63,596 nucleotides of DNA, filler included, from Collodictyon triciliatum (GCA_043381765.1; 5 parts of 5 records of this genome joined end to end with filler, not necessarily neighbours in it); one strand, 5' to 3'. Shown: positions 1-21,621, counted from the whole stretch's first letter. The notes: a model not told the origin generated them from the sequence alone. Numbers and translations are program-made.

Positions 1-88
1 GATTTAGATAACATCGTCCTGAAAGACCTTCCGGCTGGTGTTCGTACACTAACAACAGCACTAGAACTGGAGAATATTCTTATTACAG
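1..88 (+). CDS. UGGT: Internal exon of UDP-glucose:glycoprotein glucosyltransferase (partial; no downstream exons found in window)
   Basis: Frame 1 reads DLDNIVLKDLPAGVRTLTTALELENILITG, matching the UGGT motif DLDNI.L......L.A.(F/Y)ELE.L.L.G; GT donor (gtaact) at 89. Confidence 0.75.
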
Positions 89-373
89 GTAACTGAGCTC
101 ATATAATCTACTCTTTGTGATTCCAGACTTTTAAAAAAATAACAAATTGCGTAAACTACTTTATAGAATTCTATTGATGCATAACATATATTTCAATTAA
201 TGTTTTTTGTTTTTTGTTGATTTTTGTTTTTGTTTTTGTTTTTGTTTTTGTTTTTGTTTTTTTTAAAAAAAAAAAGAGGTTATATTAGCCACGAAATGTT
301 AATTGGTCATATTTAGTGGGGTCATATAGATGAAAACATCATGGTGATTAGATTGCAGGAATTTTATATAAAC

Positions 374-3300
374 CTCCGAATAGCATTCGACCAGAATGAG
401 ATATCACAATTTGGGTGAGATTTGTCCCAGAGTCAAACTCTTTGTTGATTTGAGAGTCTGATAGTTCCTGAATTCGATAAAGAAACAATATTCATATGTT
501 TAAATTTTTATCTATGGTATGGAAGGTTCAGATTGGGGTTTTCTTCTTTGAAACCATGCTGTGATTACCTTGATTTTTTTGTCTGATCCAACAGCAAATG
601 TTGTACGACCATCCGGGGTTACCGCACAGCAATTATATTGACACGTTTTTAACACGTTTTCACCTTCTCGTTTTGAGTCTTTCCACCTCCATTCATAAAC
701 GGCACCATCTGAACCACAAGAGATAATGCGAGAGTCATCTTGGTTCCAAACAACAGAGCGGACCTGACAGATAAAAATCAGTGTTATTTGCTGTGTATGC
801 ACTTTGAGGCTTTCCAATCAGAATATTCATACAAATAAATAAATAAACAAAAATAAATAAAAATATATAAAAAAGCATAAAATAGCATAAAAAGCATAAA
901 AAAAAGCACAAAATGCACAAAGAAGTAAAAAAAAAAAAATCCAAACAGAGAGAATAAATAAAATGTGAAAAACGTGGTTGTAACCTTGCTGGTGTGTCCA
1001 CGGAGATTAGCTATGTTCTCAAAAGTGTAAGTCGAGTAAATCTGGATTGTGTTCCCGTTGACAGCAGCAAACATTTGCCCACCGTTACTGAATCGACACT
1101 CACGGCACCCGCGGATGGTAAATTCTTTGTAGGGGCGAATATCATCCATAAGAAGATTCAAAAGTCTAAGCTTGTCGCTGAATCCGACCAGGACATGGAA
1201 TCCTGACGGGTGGAAGGCGATGCTATATGCCTCCTCTGCAAATACCTTGACCAAGTCAACAGACCGGTCCATGTAATTCCATATTCTCACAGAGCGATCT
1301 GTCCCACAGGTGGCAATGAGAGGCTTTCGAATGCATGAATCAATGCCTGTCACTTGTAAAGAGTGGAACGGATGTGACAGATATTCAAATGGTGCGTCTT
1401 CAGACTGGAATATTAGCACATATTAGCCAGTTGACGAAATAAGATAATATCAAACAAAGAGGAAGCCATCTAAAATGGTGATTTATCAAAATGCATCATC
1501 CGATACTATAGTCAACACGTGTATCATCTTGAATATTGATAAAGAGCGATAAGAGCACAAGGTGCGTATGTTCCGGGAATAGATTTATACCTTTAAGACA
1601 TCTGTAGAGGTCAAAGTTACAACGTATACTTGACTGTTCTCTGTTGTGCAAGCCACCAGCTCCTCTGACGGGCTCACAGCAATGTTCTTAATCTTTGATG
1701 TGTTTGCATCCAGCTTCAAAGTTCGCACTTTCCTGAAGTGTTCCTTTTCGTCCGACTTTTCAAAAACAGCCATCACGCCTCCATCGCCAGCACAGACAAA
1801 TCCCTTCAAAAACAGAAGGGATGAAGAGAAAAACGAGTAGAAATGCCTTAAAACATATTCAAGTAACAATACTTCTTGCAAACTACAAAGGAAAAAAGAA
1901 TAAGCAAGACACGATTTCTTACTTTGGAAACCGAAACAATAGTATCGATCGACATATTTTCAAATCCTGTGTTTGGCAGAGTCCCACGAAACTCTCCCAA
2001 CTCAACCAAAAGCAGTTCGCCGTTATCAGTGCCCACCACAACCTTTTCTTCGGATACCCACGCATGGCAAAGATAGTTCTGTTTCGATGCTTTTGAGTCA
2101 ACGAAATAACGTAGTACGAAGGGGATTTGTGAAATTTCTTCCGGAATATGAGAAAAAAAAAGGGGTTAGCAAATTAAAAGAAGAGAAAGTCAAAGGTGAG
2201 TACTTGAGCCTCTTTTCTCCCCATAGAGCCTGGATGAGGCTTTAATTGACCATCAACATATCGGTAAAGACGAAATACTCCGTTTCCAGAGACACAGACT
2301 TGCGTAGAGTCTTGTGGGTTGAAGGAACACTGATGTACAGCACTGTTCGGCTGGTTGACAACCTTCACCGACGCCAACACCTGCATGAAATGAGGTTACC
2401 AAAGAGTTATATTACAGTTAACTGTGATAGGACCGATTATAAGAGAGTGGGAGGAGAATATGATTCATATGAACTATGATTTCAAAATGCAGAGGTTCCA
2501 TTATCTACTTGGTTGCATGATGAATAGCAACCTTAGCTTTGTCCCAACTCCACATCAGCAAAGTCCAGTCGGGGTCACCACTTTGTGCCAGCAGAATCTT
2601 TGAATCTGCACTGAAGCTCATGCTGACATAATCCTGTGGCGTAACATCGAGTTAACAAGATGCAATTCACCTGAATGAAGTTATGTGTGGTCGAGTGATT
2701 GGTAAAGCCCATCGAACGAAGCAGCAGATACCTTTGCAAGCAATTCTGGTGCAGAAAGGACTTTGCGCTTCTTGAGGGAATGCAGGTCGAAGATGGTGAT
2801 AGAGCCTCGATCAAGCCTCTCTGCAATTGCGCAGTATCGGCGGTTGGGACTGATGCACATGCACACAATCCCTTCTCCTTTCTCTGTCCCGGGAATAAAC
2901 TTCTGCACTTTTTGATCGGTATTGTACATCACGATGTTGTTTCCCGCCGGGTAGATCACCGTCTGCTCGTCCAAGTAGCACACATTGTCGTACGTGTCTG
3001 CCTTGAGACCAAAGACGTGTCTGCATTTGGGCAGTTTGATCAGTAAAGGCAGAGGCAGGAACACTTGGCGGCCAACTGGCTTTTCTTTTTTTCTTTTTCT
3101 TTTTTTCTTTTTTTCTTTTTTTCTTTTTTTCTTTTTTTCTTTTTTCTTTTTTTCTTTTTTTCTTTTTTTCTTTTTTTCTTTTTTTCTTTTTTTCTTTTTT
3201 TCTTTTTTTCTTTTTTTCTTTTTTTCTTTTTTTCTTTTTGTAGTTGGGTCGGCTCTGTTCTATGAAAGATACATGCTAGTGCAAAAAAAGAAAAAAGAAA

Positions 3301-3393
3301 GATAAACCAAAAAAAAAAAGGAAAGGAAGGGAGAGAATCGGGAAGGTGGGTATGCGAGTTGACCAACCTGAGTGCAACAGCGGCGATGGACAT
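374..3393 (-). CDS. CFAP57: Cilia- and flagella-associated WD40 protein 57 (WDR65), 5' half, 9 exons
   Basis: Spliced start MSIAAVALR|HVFGLKADTYDNVCYLDEQTVIYPAGNN; conserved blocks FHSLQVTGIDSCIRKPLIATCGTDRSVRIWNY and SIAFHPSGFHVLVGFSDKLRLLNLLMDD; canonical GT-AG introns; exon 1 = 3393-3368, exon 2 = 3020-2732, last visible exon about 467-374. Confidence 0.93.
3080..3239. repeat. T/C low-complexity tract in CFAP57 intron 1
   Basis: (T7-8C)n visible. Confidence 0.9.
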
Positions 3394-4410
3394 GGTCAGG
3401 CTTCAGATGAATCGACGAGAAATTAGTCAAATACTTGAGTAAGAAGAAAGGCCTTTTGGCTTGGGCAGATAGACAGGCTTGGCTACTCTTGTCTGTTGAA
3501 CGCCTTGCAGAACGGATATACGCCCAAATCACAACGGATCTGCTTCAAAAGACAAGCGCGTGGAGAGGGTCAAGACCGTGAGAAAGACAGTTGTGTAGAA
3601 AAGTTGATCTCTGCACTTTCTTTCACTGGAAGATGACTTGATTAAGGCCTATTGCTCAGGGCCTCTGGCCCGACTTCAAACAGACGACTCTGCCAGCGCT
3701 TTCTGCGGCGCTGTGGCAGATTGATTCGTTGTTGCCCACCGCGGCTGCCTGTTTTTGTGCTTGGCGCGGCCTGTTTTCAATTATTATTTTCCAGAAATAT
3801 GTGAGCAACGGAAACTGATGCAGTCATACCGCATGTAGTGTGCATTTTGATCATTTTTGGAATATATAAAATTTTACGACAATTATCATAAACTATGCAT
3901 CATATGTTTTCTATGATACAAAAACATATATGCAAATAATATGGCAGAAAATTATTGGGGCCTGCTCTGGGGGCTCTCTCGCCATTATCAGCTTCCAATT
4001 TAAGATAAGATATCCAAATGCCCAACATTTTGAAAATCAAAATCAGTAGCACGCTCCCCAACTTGACAGCACCACGAAACACATAGCCACCACAACGCAA
4101 CTCAGAAACCGCAGGCGACATGCAAGGCAACAACACCAACACGACAAAACCGGCCACTGCACCTTTCCATGCGCTTCTACACTGACTATCTGCACCAAAT
4201 GCACCCACCTGTGCAAGAGCTGTCCCCCACTTGACTTCCTCACGCCCTGTGATTACATCCGCACTGCCTTCTTCGCCGCCCTCGCCTGCCTATGTCTAAC
4301 ACCGACACGATTTTCACTATCTTTCGCCAGCTCGTCTAACTCCCTCCTCAATTGTGAAGTAGTCACTTGTCCGGAACACGAACGACACCATTTATAGAGC
4401 ACTGAGCTTC

Positions 4411-4674
4411 ATGCAGTCCAACCCAACCACGCCGCCAGTGCCACTGCCTTGGTGGATTTTGGCAAAGCCAGAGTTTACTTGCCCGCCTCCCTTTTCACCC
4501 ACCAGGAAGAAAGAGTATTTGGGAAAAATGCCGTCTGCTATGTCCTCGCTGCCTGTCCCGCACAATCGCCCATCGTCTGACGCAAAGTCTGGATCGCCGC
4601 TCTTTGTGCGTCGTATGTCTCCGTCAGCTGCCGCCACTCCAAAGAAACTTGCCTGCCAGATTTTCAATCGGTGA
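4411..4674 (+). CDS. Possible small Pro/Ser-rich orphan protein (87 aa)
   Basis: ATG-started, GC-richer single-exon ORF ending about 140 bp from the convergent PPR stop; no recognisable homology. Confidence 0.25.
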   Translation: MQSNPTTPPVPLPWWILAKPEFTCPPPFSPTRKKEYLGKMPSAMSSLPVPHNRPSSDAKSGSPLFVRRMSPSAAATPKKLACQIFNR

Positions 4675-4812
4675 TGAACTGGCTCCTTTTAGCTTCGCTT
4701 TCGACACCTCTCCGCCATTTCGGTTTTTTTTATTTTTTCACACGTTCCCTAGTTAGTTCATGGAATCCCTATCAAAGGAATGATTTACATCCACACCTGC
4801 TGGCGGCTTTTA

Positions 4813-10244
<5,432 letters not shown>

Positions 10245-10493
10245 CCGATTCACACTTCTGGGTGGACGCGGACAAGGAAAGAGATATCCCCAAAACAAAG
10301 ATTATATATTTGATAAGGGAGAACGAGTTGCATGAAGAGCCGCGCCTGCAAAAGGGCTGAACTCCAGAACCGACCTCGAAAGAAAAATAAAGAAATAAAC
10401 CAGCTGACGAGCCATTCGCTTCTGTCTTGCACTGATCCGATTATTCTTTTATTCAAGGATTTGCTTTATTTGCTTTGATATACAGACAGCGAT

Positions 10494-12206
10494 TCAGAAG
10501 GAAAACGGAGGAGGAAGAAAGCCAGGCTCATAGACGAGCCCACGAAAGAATGGAGACACTCGGATCGGATGTGTCCCGAGCTTCAAAAGAACATTTCTCC
10601 AGCGAAGTGCGATGGGATTCTGCGAGAAAAAAGAAAGAAAAAAGAAAGAAAAAAGAAAGAAAAAAGAAAGAAAAAAGAAAGAAAAAAAAGGAGGAAAACG
10701 AAAGAAAAAAGAAAGAAAAGGAGGAAAACGTGAAATATGAGCACAGTCACAGCAACGGTGATGAAGTGGCGTCATTTTCATCATCATTTTCACCATCATT
10801 CTTATTCTTGTTCTCATTATTATCATTACTATTTATTTCTTGTTTTTACGATTATTATTTATTTTTGATAATGAACGGTCGAACGCCAGCTTTGGTAAGC
10901 AACGAGGGATTTGTTACAAAGGATACAAACCTCCCACTGGATGACACGGGAGAGATTCAGAGTCGCTTCGATGATGGCGTTTGTCTTTGGGCGCCGCGAT
11001 TGTTCGTAGTACCGAATGGCCAGTTTGATGTCTGGCGAAAACTGCGGGTGTGGAACAGTGTTGTCTCTTAGAATAGTGATGCGACAACAAACTCCCCTTT
11101 ATCCTTCTGGTTTCATTTAGACTTAGCCAATATCAACATGGAACACGAAAGAGAATCATCGCAATATTTTTCACGTTTCTCTCGTGCTATGTTTTTTTTT
11201 TTTTTTTGGTTTTCTTCTTCTTTGTTTCTCCCCATTGCTGTTTGTTTTAGGTGCGATATGTACAGGCATTTGCCAGTATAATTGCCAACTCCAGCATTTT
11301 CATGCAAGTTGGCAGGGTCTTGATGGACACGAGACATACCTGGGTCACACAACTGGCCAGGGAAAATGCATCCTCGATAGACAAACACGAGCCAAGACCT
11401 GTAGGGTGAATAATATCGTATGAATAGAGTTCTCCTGGTCAAAGGGCTGGACGAATCAAGGGTGTTTTTTTTTTAAAAAAAAAAAAAGGGTGTAATATCG
11501 AGATTGCAATGTGAAGTCATGGGGCATGGGCGCTGCTCTCATACCAAAGTTTGGATAATGCGAGAATGGATGAGCAGCTTCTCCCAGTAGCGTCACACGG
11601 CCCTTGCCCCATCGAAACAAACCTTCGTGGAAGACGCCGCTGGGTGGGGTTGTTGTCAGTGAATACAGCGGAAGGAGGCAAAGAGCATTCAGTGGATGCG
11701 TCTCACAAAAGGATTAGCCTTTTACTGAGCACTTGGTACATCAAAACCATTCTCGTATGTATGTAATATGTGTGTGCGTGGGTAATTAATTAGCGGACCG
11801 GAATGGTCTGTCATAGACATCCTGGCGATGGAGCTGACTCGCTGGTATGGCTTCGATTAATTCTCCGGTCTGAAAAGGCCATGAGCCGAATTTCTGTACG
11901 AAATGAGGGAGAGACAATGTTAATGGGATATATATCGTGATTAAAGGAATCGGCAGGGACACTTTGATGAAAGGTTAAAAGATGCATGTAGGTTTCGGTG
12001 ATGATGTGTTTGGAAATGTGCCTCCAGTAGATATTTTTGCTGATTTTCCTGGGGGAGATATGCAAACCCTGTTTAGAAAAGTTTGCATTAGTTACGAATC
12101 ACAAGTGGGGATTAAATTTCCAAAGAACGTGAGTCTAGTGTCAAAAGAACAAAAAAAAAAAAAAAAAAAAGGGGAAAACAAATGAAAAAAAAGGGAAGGG
12201 TTATCG

Positions 12207-12237
<31 letters not shown>

Positions 12238-14198
12238 GGCAAACCTTCCTTCGTATTTGCAACAGCATACCAGTGCACATGGTCGGGATCGATCTTAATG
12301 GAGCCAAACCTGTTGTTTAGATTCGTGGAATAGTCATAGTCACAGTCGTGAATCGAAGGTAAAGATGAACGATTGGGCAAGAGAAGGCAGAAGGTTCTTT
12401 GAAACATATTTTAACAAGCCACGGGCGATCAAATTGCCCTCTAGATGTTTGGTTCATCAATTTATTAAAAAGGGTAACAAACCTTTGACCAGGGCCCCAA
12501 ATTTCTGTGACAACGTCTTCGTGATAAGCGCGAGACACTCCACGCCAGACCTATCAAAATCAAACAATTCAATATGGACTGTATTTTTTTTTTTTTAAAA
12601 AAAAAAAGAACAATCATAAACGTATCCTCGAATAGTATGCGCTGTGGTGCCTGCAACCATTGTTTTATTGGAAAATTTGTTGGTTTTTTCTTTCCGCATG
12701 GTATCTAAGCTCATTAAAATTATATGCAAGGGTTTCAAAACTGAATAATAATAACCGTATATCCAGCAAAACGCGATTGGGGAATCTGCTCTTGCCACAG
12801 TTGCAGGCGAACCAGGGAACTAAATCCATCCGCACCTGCGCAATTAAGTTATAAAATACATCGTAAATTTAAAAATTCACATATCAAAGACGAGTTTTTC
12901 GAAAAGATAGCCTAGGTGATAGACGAAAGGAAACAAGACCAATTAATAAATCTCCCTTTTCTGGAGGGCGATCAGCGAAGTAGGCTGTGACAGAGTCTGT
13001 ATTCTGCACAGGATAAAACAAGGATGTATGAATGTAGGGCAAAAACATAAAATTCGATTAATTGATCTTGCCAAAATTATGATGGTGAGTATATTCTTTG
13101 TTGGTGTAAATGCTTCTAGCATCTCTGGAGTATTGATCAAAATATGAGGAAGCACTTCTTCAAATCCGATGAATCGAGTAGACCATTCTATAGTGTTTTG
13201 AGGCAGCGCCTCTTGCATGATATTCTGTGTCGTTTCACATGGTATGTGTTATTGCCGTTTTTGTGTAAATCTTCATTACGACTTTACTTAAACAAGTCTT
13301 ACTTTTTTTTTAACAAAAAAAAGTGCTCATAGTGTACATTTATATGTAAGAACAAATTCATACAAGGAGTAAAGACCGCTCTACGCACAGTATCTCAGAT
13401 ACTCGCCCACGAGAAACTTCGGGGAGTGAAACATTTTGTATGACATCGCCCTTTTCTGTGGAAATTAGCCCTCTTGTGCTTGCGTATCCAAAACGACGAA
13501 GCTTAGTTCCAACCCCTACAAAGCAATTTAGAGAAAACACAACGAAGCAAGCTGAATAAGAAAGTCTACAAAACTAATGGTCTCTGGCCATGTCAAAAGT
13601 TTGTGCTGTAGGGTATATGTCAAGTGCTTTCTCTAATTCACTTATACTGTAATGGGCATTCGAAAAAATATACGACGATTTGGATTCTACAAACCGAGAC
13701 GGTCCAATACTTTGAGGGCGCCACTCCAAAGACTTTGCAACATAACCCGATATGCAAAGAAATATTTGTAGATTGTGGATGGAAAATAAAGAAAACAAAC
13801 GCTATTGTTATATAATCAACGTTTCAAGAGTGCTTTCGCCTGAGTCCCTCTCTCCCTCCCTCCCTCTCTCTCTTTTTACTTTTCGTTTGATCTCTTTCTA
13901 CTCCTGCCTTGGTAAGCAGACAAACAAACTATACGAAACAAGCACAAACCCGACACCAAGACCTTTCGTGCTGTGATCCTTTGCCCGCTCAAACACGGTG
14001 ACACGGACGCCTGCCTTGGAAAGAGCAAGTGCCGCAGTCAACCCGCCGATCCCGCCACCTGGGCTGCCCAAAGGACTTTGTCAGAAGGAGAAACCCAGGC
14101 AGTTCAACAACTCACAAAGAAGAAGAAGAAGAAAAAAGAAGCCAGGAGAACCAAAAAGTACCAACTATGATTGCACGCGGACTAGAAGCGACAGACAT
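10494..14198 (-). CDS. Group A FAD-dependent monooxygenase (salicylate hydroxylase / zeaxanthin epoxidase-like family)
   Basis: MSVASSPRAIIVG|GGIGGLTAALAL...VFER (GxGxxG), DLLIG|ADGFSSLVR (DG motif), WGKGRVTLLGEAAHP...G|LGSCLSIEDA, YYEQSRRPK; about 12 exons. Confidence 0.9.
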
Positions 14199-14426
14199 GC
14201 TATCGGCCTTGCTCGACAGATGCAACTCTCTGCGTGTGTTGCTTGCTTGTGAGGGCCTTTCTCCTTAGCCTGCTGCGTTCTGCCTTCTGCCTATGCGTTG
14301 ATCTTGAAGTTGCTTGTTGTTTGTTTGTTTGTTTGTTTGTGTGTTGTTTGTGTGTTGTGGCGTATCAATGCCGCGGTTTGGGTGATCGAATTCCAGAATG
14401 GGTATGTATACGCGGGGTTGTGATCT

Positions 14427-17277
<2,851 letters not shown>

Positions 17278-17963
17278 TGTTGTGCTCTGTGGGATCGGGT
17301 TGGTGTTTCCTGCGGTCGGGATGAGAAATATATGAAAAGCTGAGGCCAGGCGCATGCTTCTGATAAAGTGGGCGAGTGTCTGCTCTGCGGGCGTATGGGT
17401 GGCCCTGCCTTGTTGGCCGGGTGAAGTTTGCGCTTTTCAAGCCGAAGCGGTCTGCCCGAATCACCCGGCAGATTTGTCTTTCGCTTGTTCTCTTTTTTTT
17501 TTTTTTTTTTTTTTTCGTATTACGTGCGTGTACGCAGATTGGAAATGCTGTATCTCGAGGCAGAAGAAAGACACCGTGGACTTTTCATGTGCATCTTTGC
17601 GTTGGTCTGCTTCTGCTCTGCGATTGCGATTCCTGGCTCAGATCGGAGGCGCAATGCTGCCTGTTCGTGCGCTGGCGTGTGGATTAGCCATTGAGAAGAG
17701 CAGATTGGTGCGGCTGGATTGTACTGGAGTCGTGGCCACAGATATTTTATATTCCGCAAACAGATGTTAGACATCAGATCATGTGCAGAACTCTAACTAC
17801 TGAAAGAATCTTGTTCCGAATAGGAAATGAAATTGAGCGGATCTGGGACGTTCTCGGATATCAGAAGTTCCATATATGGCAGTGTGATGCCAACTATGAT
17901 ACTTTCTGTGATTGGAACACTGTTAGTCCACATGTGGATTTCTATTCTGGAATTTATACGGAT

Positions 17964-19866
17964 CTAGTTTGCTGCGCTCACGCCCCGCGACGACGAGAGT
18001 TGCTGGAGCGTGATGCCCGCAGCAACGGATACATTCAAAGAGTCAACGTAATCGACGTTCATGGCCGGATTACCGCTTGGTATGGTCACGACTTTAGAAC
18101 AGACGCCTCTGATGGATTTCCGGAGTCCAGAGCCCTCACTTCCTAGGGAGTACTATGCATTATAATCGCGAGAAGCACATGGAGTGCGGGATATGCCTTT
18201 AAGGGGATTAAGTTGCGGGACAATAAACATCTTCGGTGGAGATAATGACTTACCCATCACAACTACTGTTGGTTTCTGCATCTGTATCTGTGAAATGGGG
18301 ATTGTGTCCGACCCTGCAAGGTCTGTTCCAATCACATCCCACCCTGAATCTCTCAAACTCTTTCCCAAAAAAATAAAAGGATAAAATATCAAGTGAGTTC
18401 AAAATGAATAGTTGTATCTCTCGAGATTTATATTGTTTTGTGTCAGCACATGTTTGTTCAAGAGCATTTCTCTTGATATTTTCATTTTGTATTACAACGT
18501 ATTTATGGATGACATACTTGTAGTGAATCCGTGGGCTTCGGGAGAATGTATATATCGAGAAACTCGGATGCTCCACAACTCGCTTTGCTGACGACCTGCG
18601 GTTAGTTTATGGTTATCATCTCCTCATAAATCGAACACTGCAAAGAGGATTTATTCATAAAATTCAATAGAGTTGAAAATACAGGCAATCTGGACATAAT
18701 GCCGCCTCAACTGGATGATTGAAGTTAGAATTGTATAATAGAGGGATAAAGTAGTGATACCGGGGATAATGGAGCACAACTGTCTCTGCTCACAGTAATC
18801 ATGTCAACACCAATAAAGTACGCTGTTCGTATGATTCCCCCTAAATTCTAGTATTTATCGTTAAAAATTTTATCATCCAAAAGATTGTGAAGCAATTAAA
18901 GGCTTCTTATAGACTTAGTTGACAAGCGATTTAAAGTGAAATGTCAGAAGGTCGATGAATGATACATTTTGTATTTTCAGTGGATGAGAATAAAACGAGA
19001 AATTCAAGTTAAGACAATGCTATTATCGAACCTGTGGATCCGTGAGTTCATCCAAAAACAAAACAAGAGGCAGTTTACTTTGGAATTTTTCAAAATAAAA
19101 TAAAATAAAATAGGTTACAATAAGACTCCATTAATTAACGGATATATATATGCACATATCAATAGGTACATAATGAAATCATAAGGTATTTGTTTTTGTT
19201 TTGTTTTCAAAGAAATAATCAGATATATGATGTCTTTGTGTCAAGTGAAAAGGAATACGTTGTTTTTAAGTTCTTGATAAAGTCAACTGAAGGCATCTTC
19301 GAATAGTCTAGTCGGGAGGCCTCCAAGATGACACCCTGAACACCAGCATATTATCCTGAACTAAATAGAAGCCAGGTATGTGATATATAGGCTGTTGGAA
19401 GGGGAATAAGCTGCATACTTGGTGGGCTCTGTCGAGAGACATTCCATCCATCACTCGTTTGGGCACGGAATGAACTGGAACATTCTGTCTTCTGGCTTCT
19501 TTGACAAGATCATGCACACGCAGGCTACAACAATAATAGTAAGTACCACACAAATGGGCGACCTTGGGAGCCAACACTATCCACCAGAAAGCAGTGAATA
19601 TAGATAAACGGAAGAACTGTGTAGGTCGATTAAAGCGATGCGCACTTTTGAACGGCCTCTTGAACAAACATCCGCAACAGTTTGCGGCGAGATGCAACCA
19701 AAGCAGCCGAAACAGGGGCAATGCCGTAGAGGTTGACCGAAAGCGAGGCCGGTGTATCTTTGAAGTCCTTTTGTGTGGCTCTTTGGAACCCTCCACCCAC
19801 GGCAAAGTCGGCGCGTCGACCGCGCAGCACAAAAGCTCTGACGCTAGATGGTAGGCAGAAAGACAT
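17964..19866 (-). CDS. MRM1: SPOUT/SpoU rRNA 2'-O-methyltransferase (mitochondrial MRM1 / RlmB-like)
   Basis: LYGIAPVSAAL, AHQ|GVILE, LDELTDPQ|NLGGIIRTAY, VVSKASCGA, VVMG|SEGSGLR, VDSLNVSVAAGI; presequence-like N-terminus; 8 exons. Confidence 0.9.
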
Positions 19867-19969
19867 GGGGAGGCAGCAGTGGCCTTTTCTGCGTCCTCTA
19901 AGGGGGACGCTGGTCTTTAAAAGCTTGTTGGACGTGGGATATGAGAAAGAAGAAAAATAAACAAAAAGA

Positions 19970-20068
19970 AGAAAGGAGAAAGGAGAAAGGAGAAAGGAGA
20001 AAGGAGAAAGGAGAAAGGAGAAAGGAGAAAGGAGAAAGGAGAAAGGAGAAAGGAGAAAGGAGAAAGGA
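19970..20068. repeat. (GAAAGGA)n running into the gap
   Basis: visible. Confidence 0.95.
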
Positions 20069-20168
20069 NNNNNNNNNNNNNNNNNNNNNNNNNNNNNNNN
20101 NNNNNNNNNNNNTTAATTAATTAANNNNNNNNNNNNNNNNNNNNNNNNNNNNNNNNNNNNNNNNNNNN
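20069..20168. other. Assembly gap with artificial linker
   Basis: 44 N + TTAATTAATTAA (stops in all six frames) + 44 N. Confidence 0.97.
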
Positions 20169-20221
20169 AAAATTAAAAAATTAAAAAAATTAAAAATAAA
20201 AAAAAAAAAAATAAAAAAACC

Positions 20222-20259
<38 letters not shown>

Positions 20260-20413
20260 AAACAGAAATAACCCGTCTATATGTTAACTTCGCTCCGATG
20301 ACCTTCACTGCATATTTTTATCTTGTCAGAATTTTTATTCACATTTTGTATATTGTACATGTTTAACGAATCCACAACCACCCTGTATTACTTCTAATAC
20401 TCTGGTAAATCAG

Positions 20414-21070
20414 AAAGTTTTCACAGAGTCTGAAGTGCGCATGCATAAAACCATTCACGGCTCCCTCGTGAAAAGATTTTCCAGCATCGCCAAGGAATAT
20501 CACACAATCCAGAAAATATACCGCGAAAATCTTCGTGAAAAGTTGACTCGCCAGTATAAGATTGGTTCGCTTTTTATGCTTTGACTATTTGCATTTACAC
20601 GATATCATCCTTTGTTTCAGATTACAAAAAAAAAAAAAAAAAAAAAAAAAACAAATTAAAACAACCATAAAAAAAAAAAAAAAAAAAAAAAACCCAAAAA
20701 AAAAAAAAAAAAAAGTGCTATTTTGAATGTCTGTTTCAAAATCATACAACATAAAAACCCCTGTCACACCATAAAACATAGCAAAACCTGACGCTGTGAA
20801 CGGAGATATCGAAGAAGCGGTTGAAGAAGGAGTGACAAATAAAACAGGGATGTTTACACAGGCACACACTGAAGCAAGCAAAGTATACCAGTCAGCGCTG
20901 GAGCAGAATGAGCTTATTTTGAAGCTCGAAAACAGCATAATGGAGCTGCACCAGCACTTTGTAGACATGCAAATCATTGTTGATGAGCAGGTAATGTGTT
21001 TTTCTGTGATGAATCGCTGACTTTGATATGGATTGTCTATTCTCTTTCTTATTCATACTCCCTTCACCTA

Positions 21071-21154
<84 letters not shown>

Positions 21155-21621
21155 ATATTTATTTTAAATTGTTCTTATGTGTCAAGGGTGAAGTACTTGA
21201 TTTAATTGAGGAAAATGTGAGCAAAAGTGTTACTTATACCGGAAGAGCTAAAGTGGAATTGGAAAAGGCCAACGTATATCAAAAGAAATCACGAAAGGTA
21301 TATGTTTTTTTAAATTTCAAATGTATACTCGTAGAACAATAAAAAAAATAATATCCATCATCGCCAGTAATTTGATATAAATATTTACAAAATTTACCAC
21401 GTCAATTCGGCTTCATGTACAATACACTTATTTGGCTTTTTCTTTCTTTATATACCTTTCTAATGTTGAATGATGTATGAATGAGAGAAAATTATTCTAT
21501 TTTTACATTGAACTTACAAAAGACGAATTTTTCTGTTTAGAAAATGTGCATCCTGATTATCTGCCTTTTGATCGTGGTTGTTGTGATTGTTGTACTCCTC
21601 AAAGTTCTCAACAAATTCTAA
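20414..21621 (+). CDS. Syntaxin (Qa-SNARE, plasma-membrane syntaxin-1-like), 5'-truncated by the gap
   Basis: End of the Habc domain (RMHKTIHGSLVKRF...RQYKI), SNARE motif LKLENSIMELHQHFVDMQIIVDEQ|GEVLDLIEENV, KKSRK|KMCILIICLLIVVVVIVVLL TM tail, stop at 21619-21621. Confidence 0.92.
21071..21152. repeat. (TAT)n microsatellite, intronic
   Basis: visible. Confidence 0.95.

Noticed and set aside
3689-3720. Small GC-rich inverted repeat upstream of CFAP57
   Set aside because: Short and imperfect, with no ncRNA hallmarks; expected by chance in GC-rich promoter DNA.
10918-10926. GTATCCTTT (U12-like donor) on the minus strand in the monooxygenase's last intron
   Set aside because: Using it creates an immediate stop (T|AA); the GT 4 nt upstream gives in-frame QWE|NPIAL.
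20113-20124. TTAATTAATTAA palindrome recurring identically at 20113, 28637, 48761 and 55944
   Set aside because: Always centred in a 100-bp N spacer, so it is an artificial six-frame-stop linker. Gene adjacency across these gaps is unverified.
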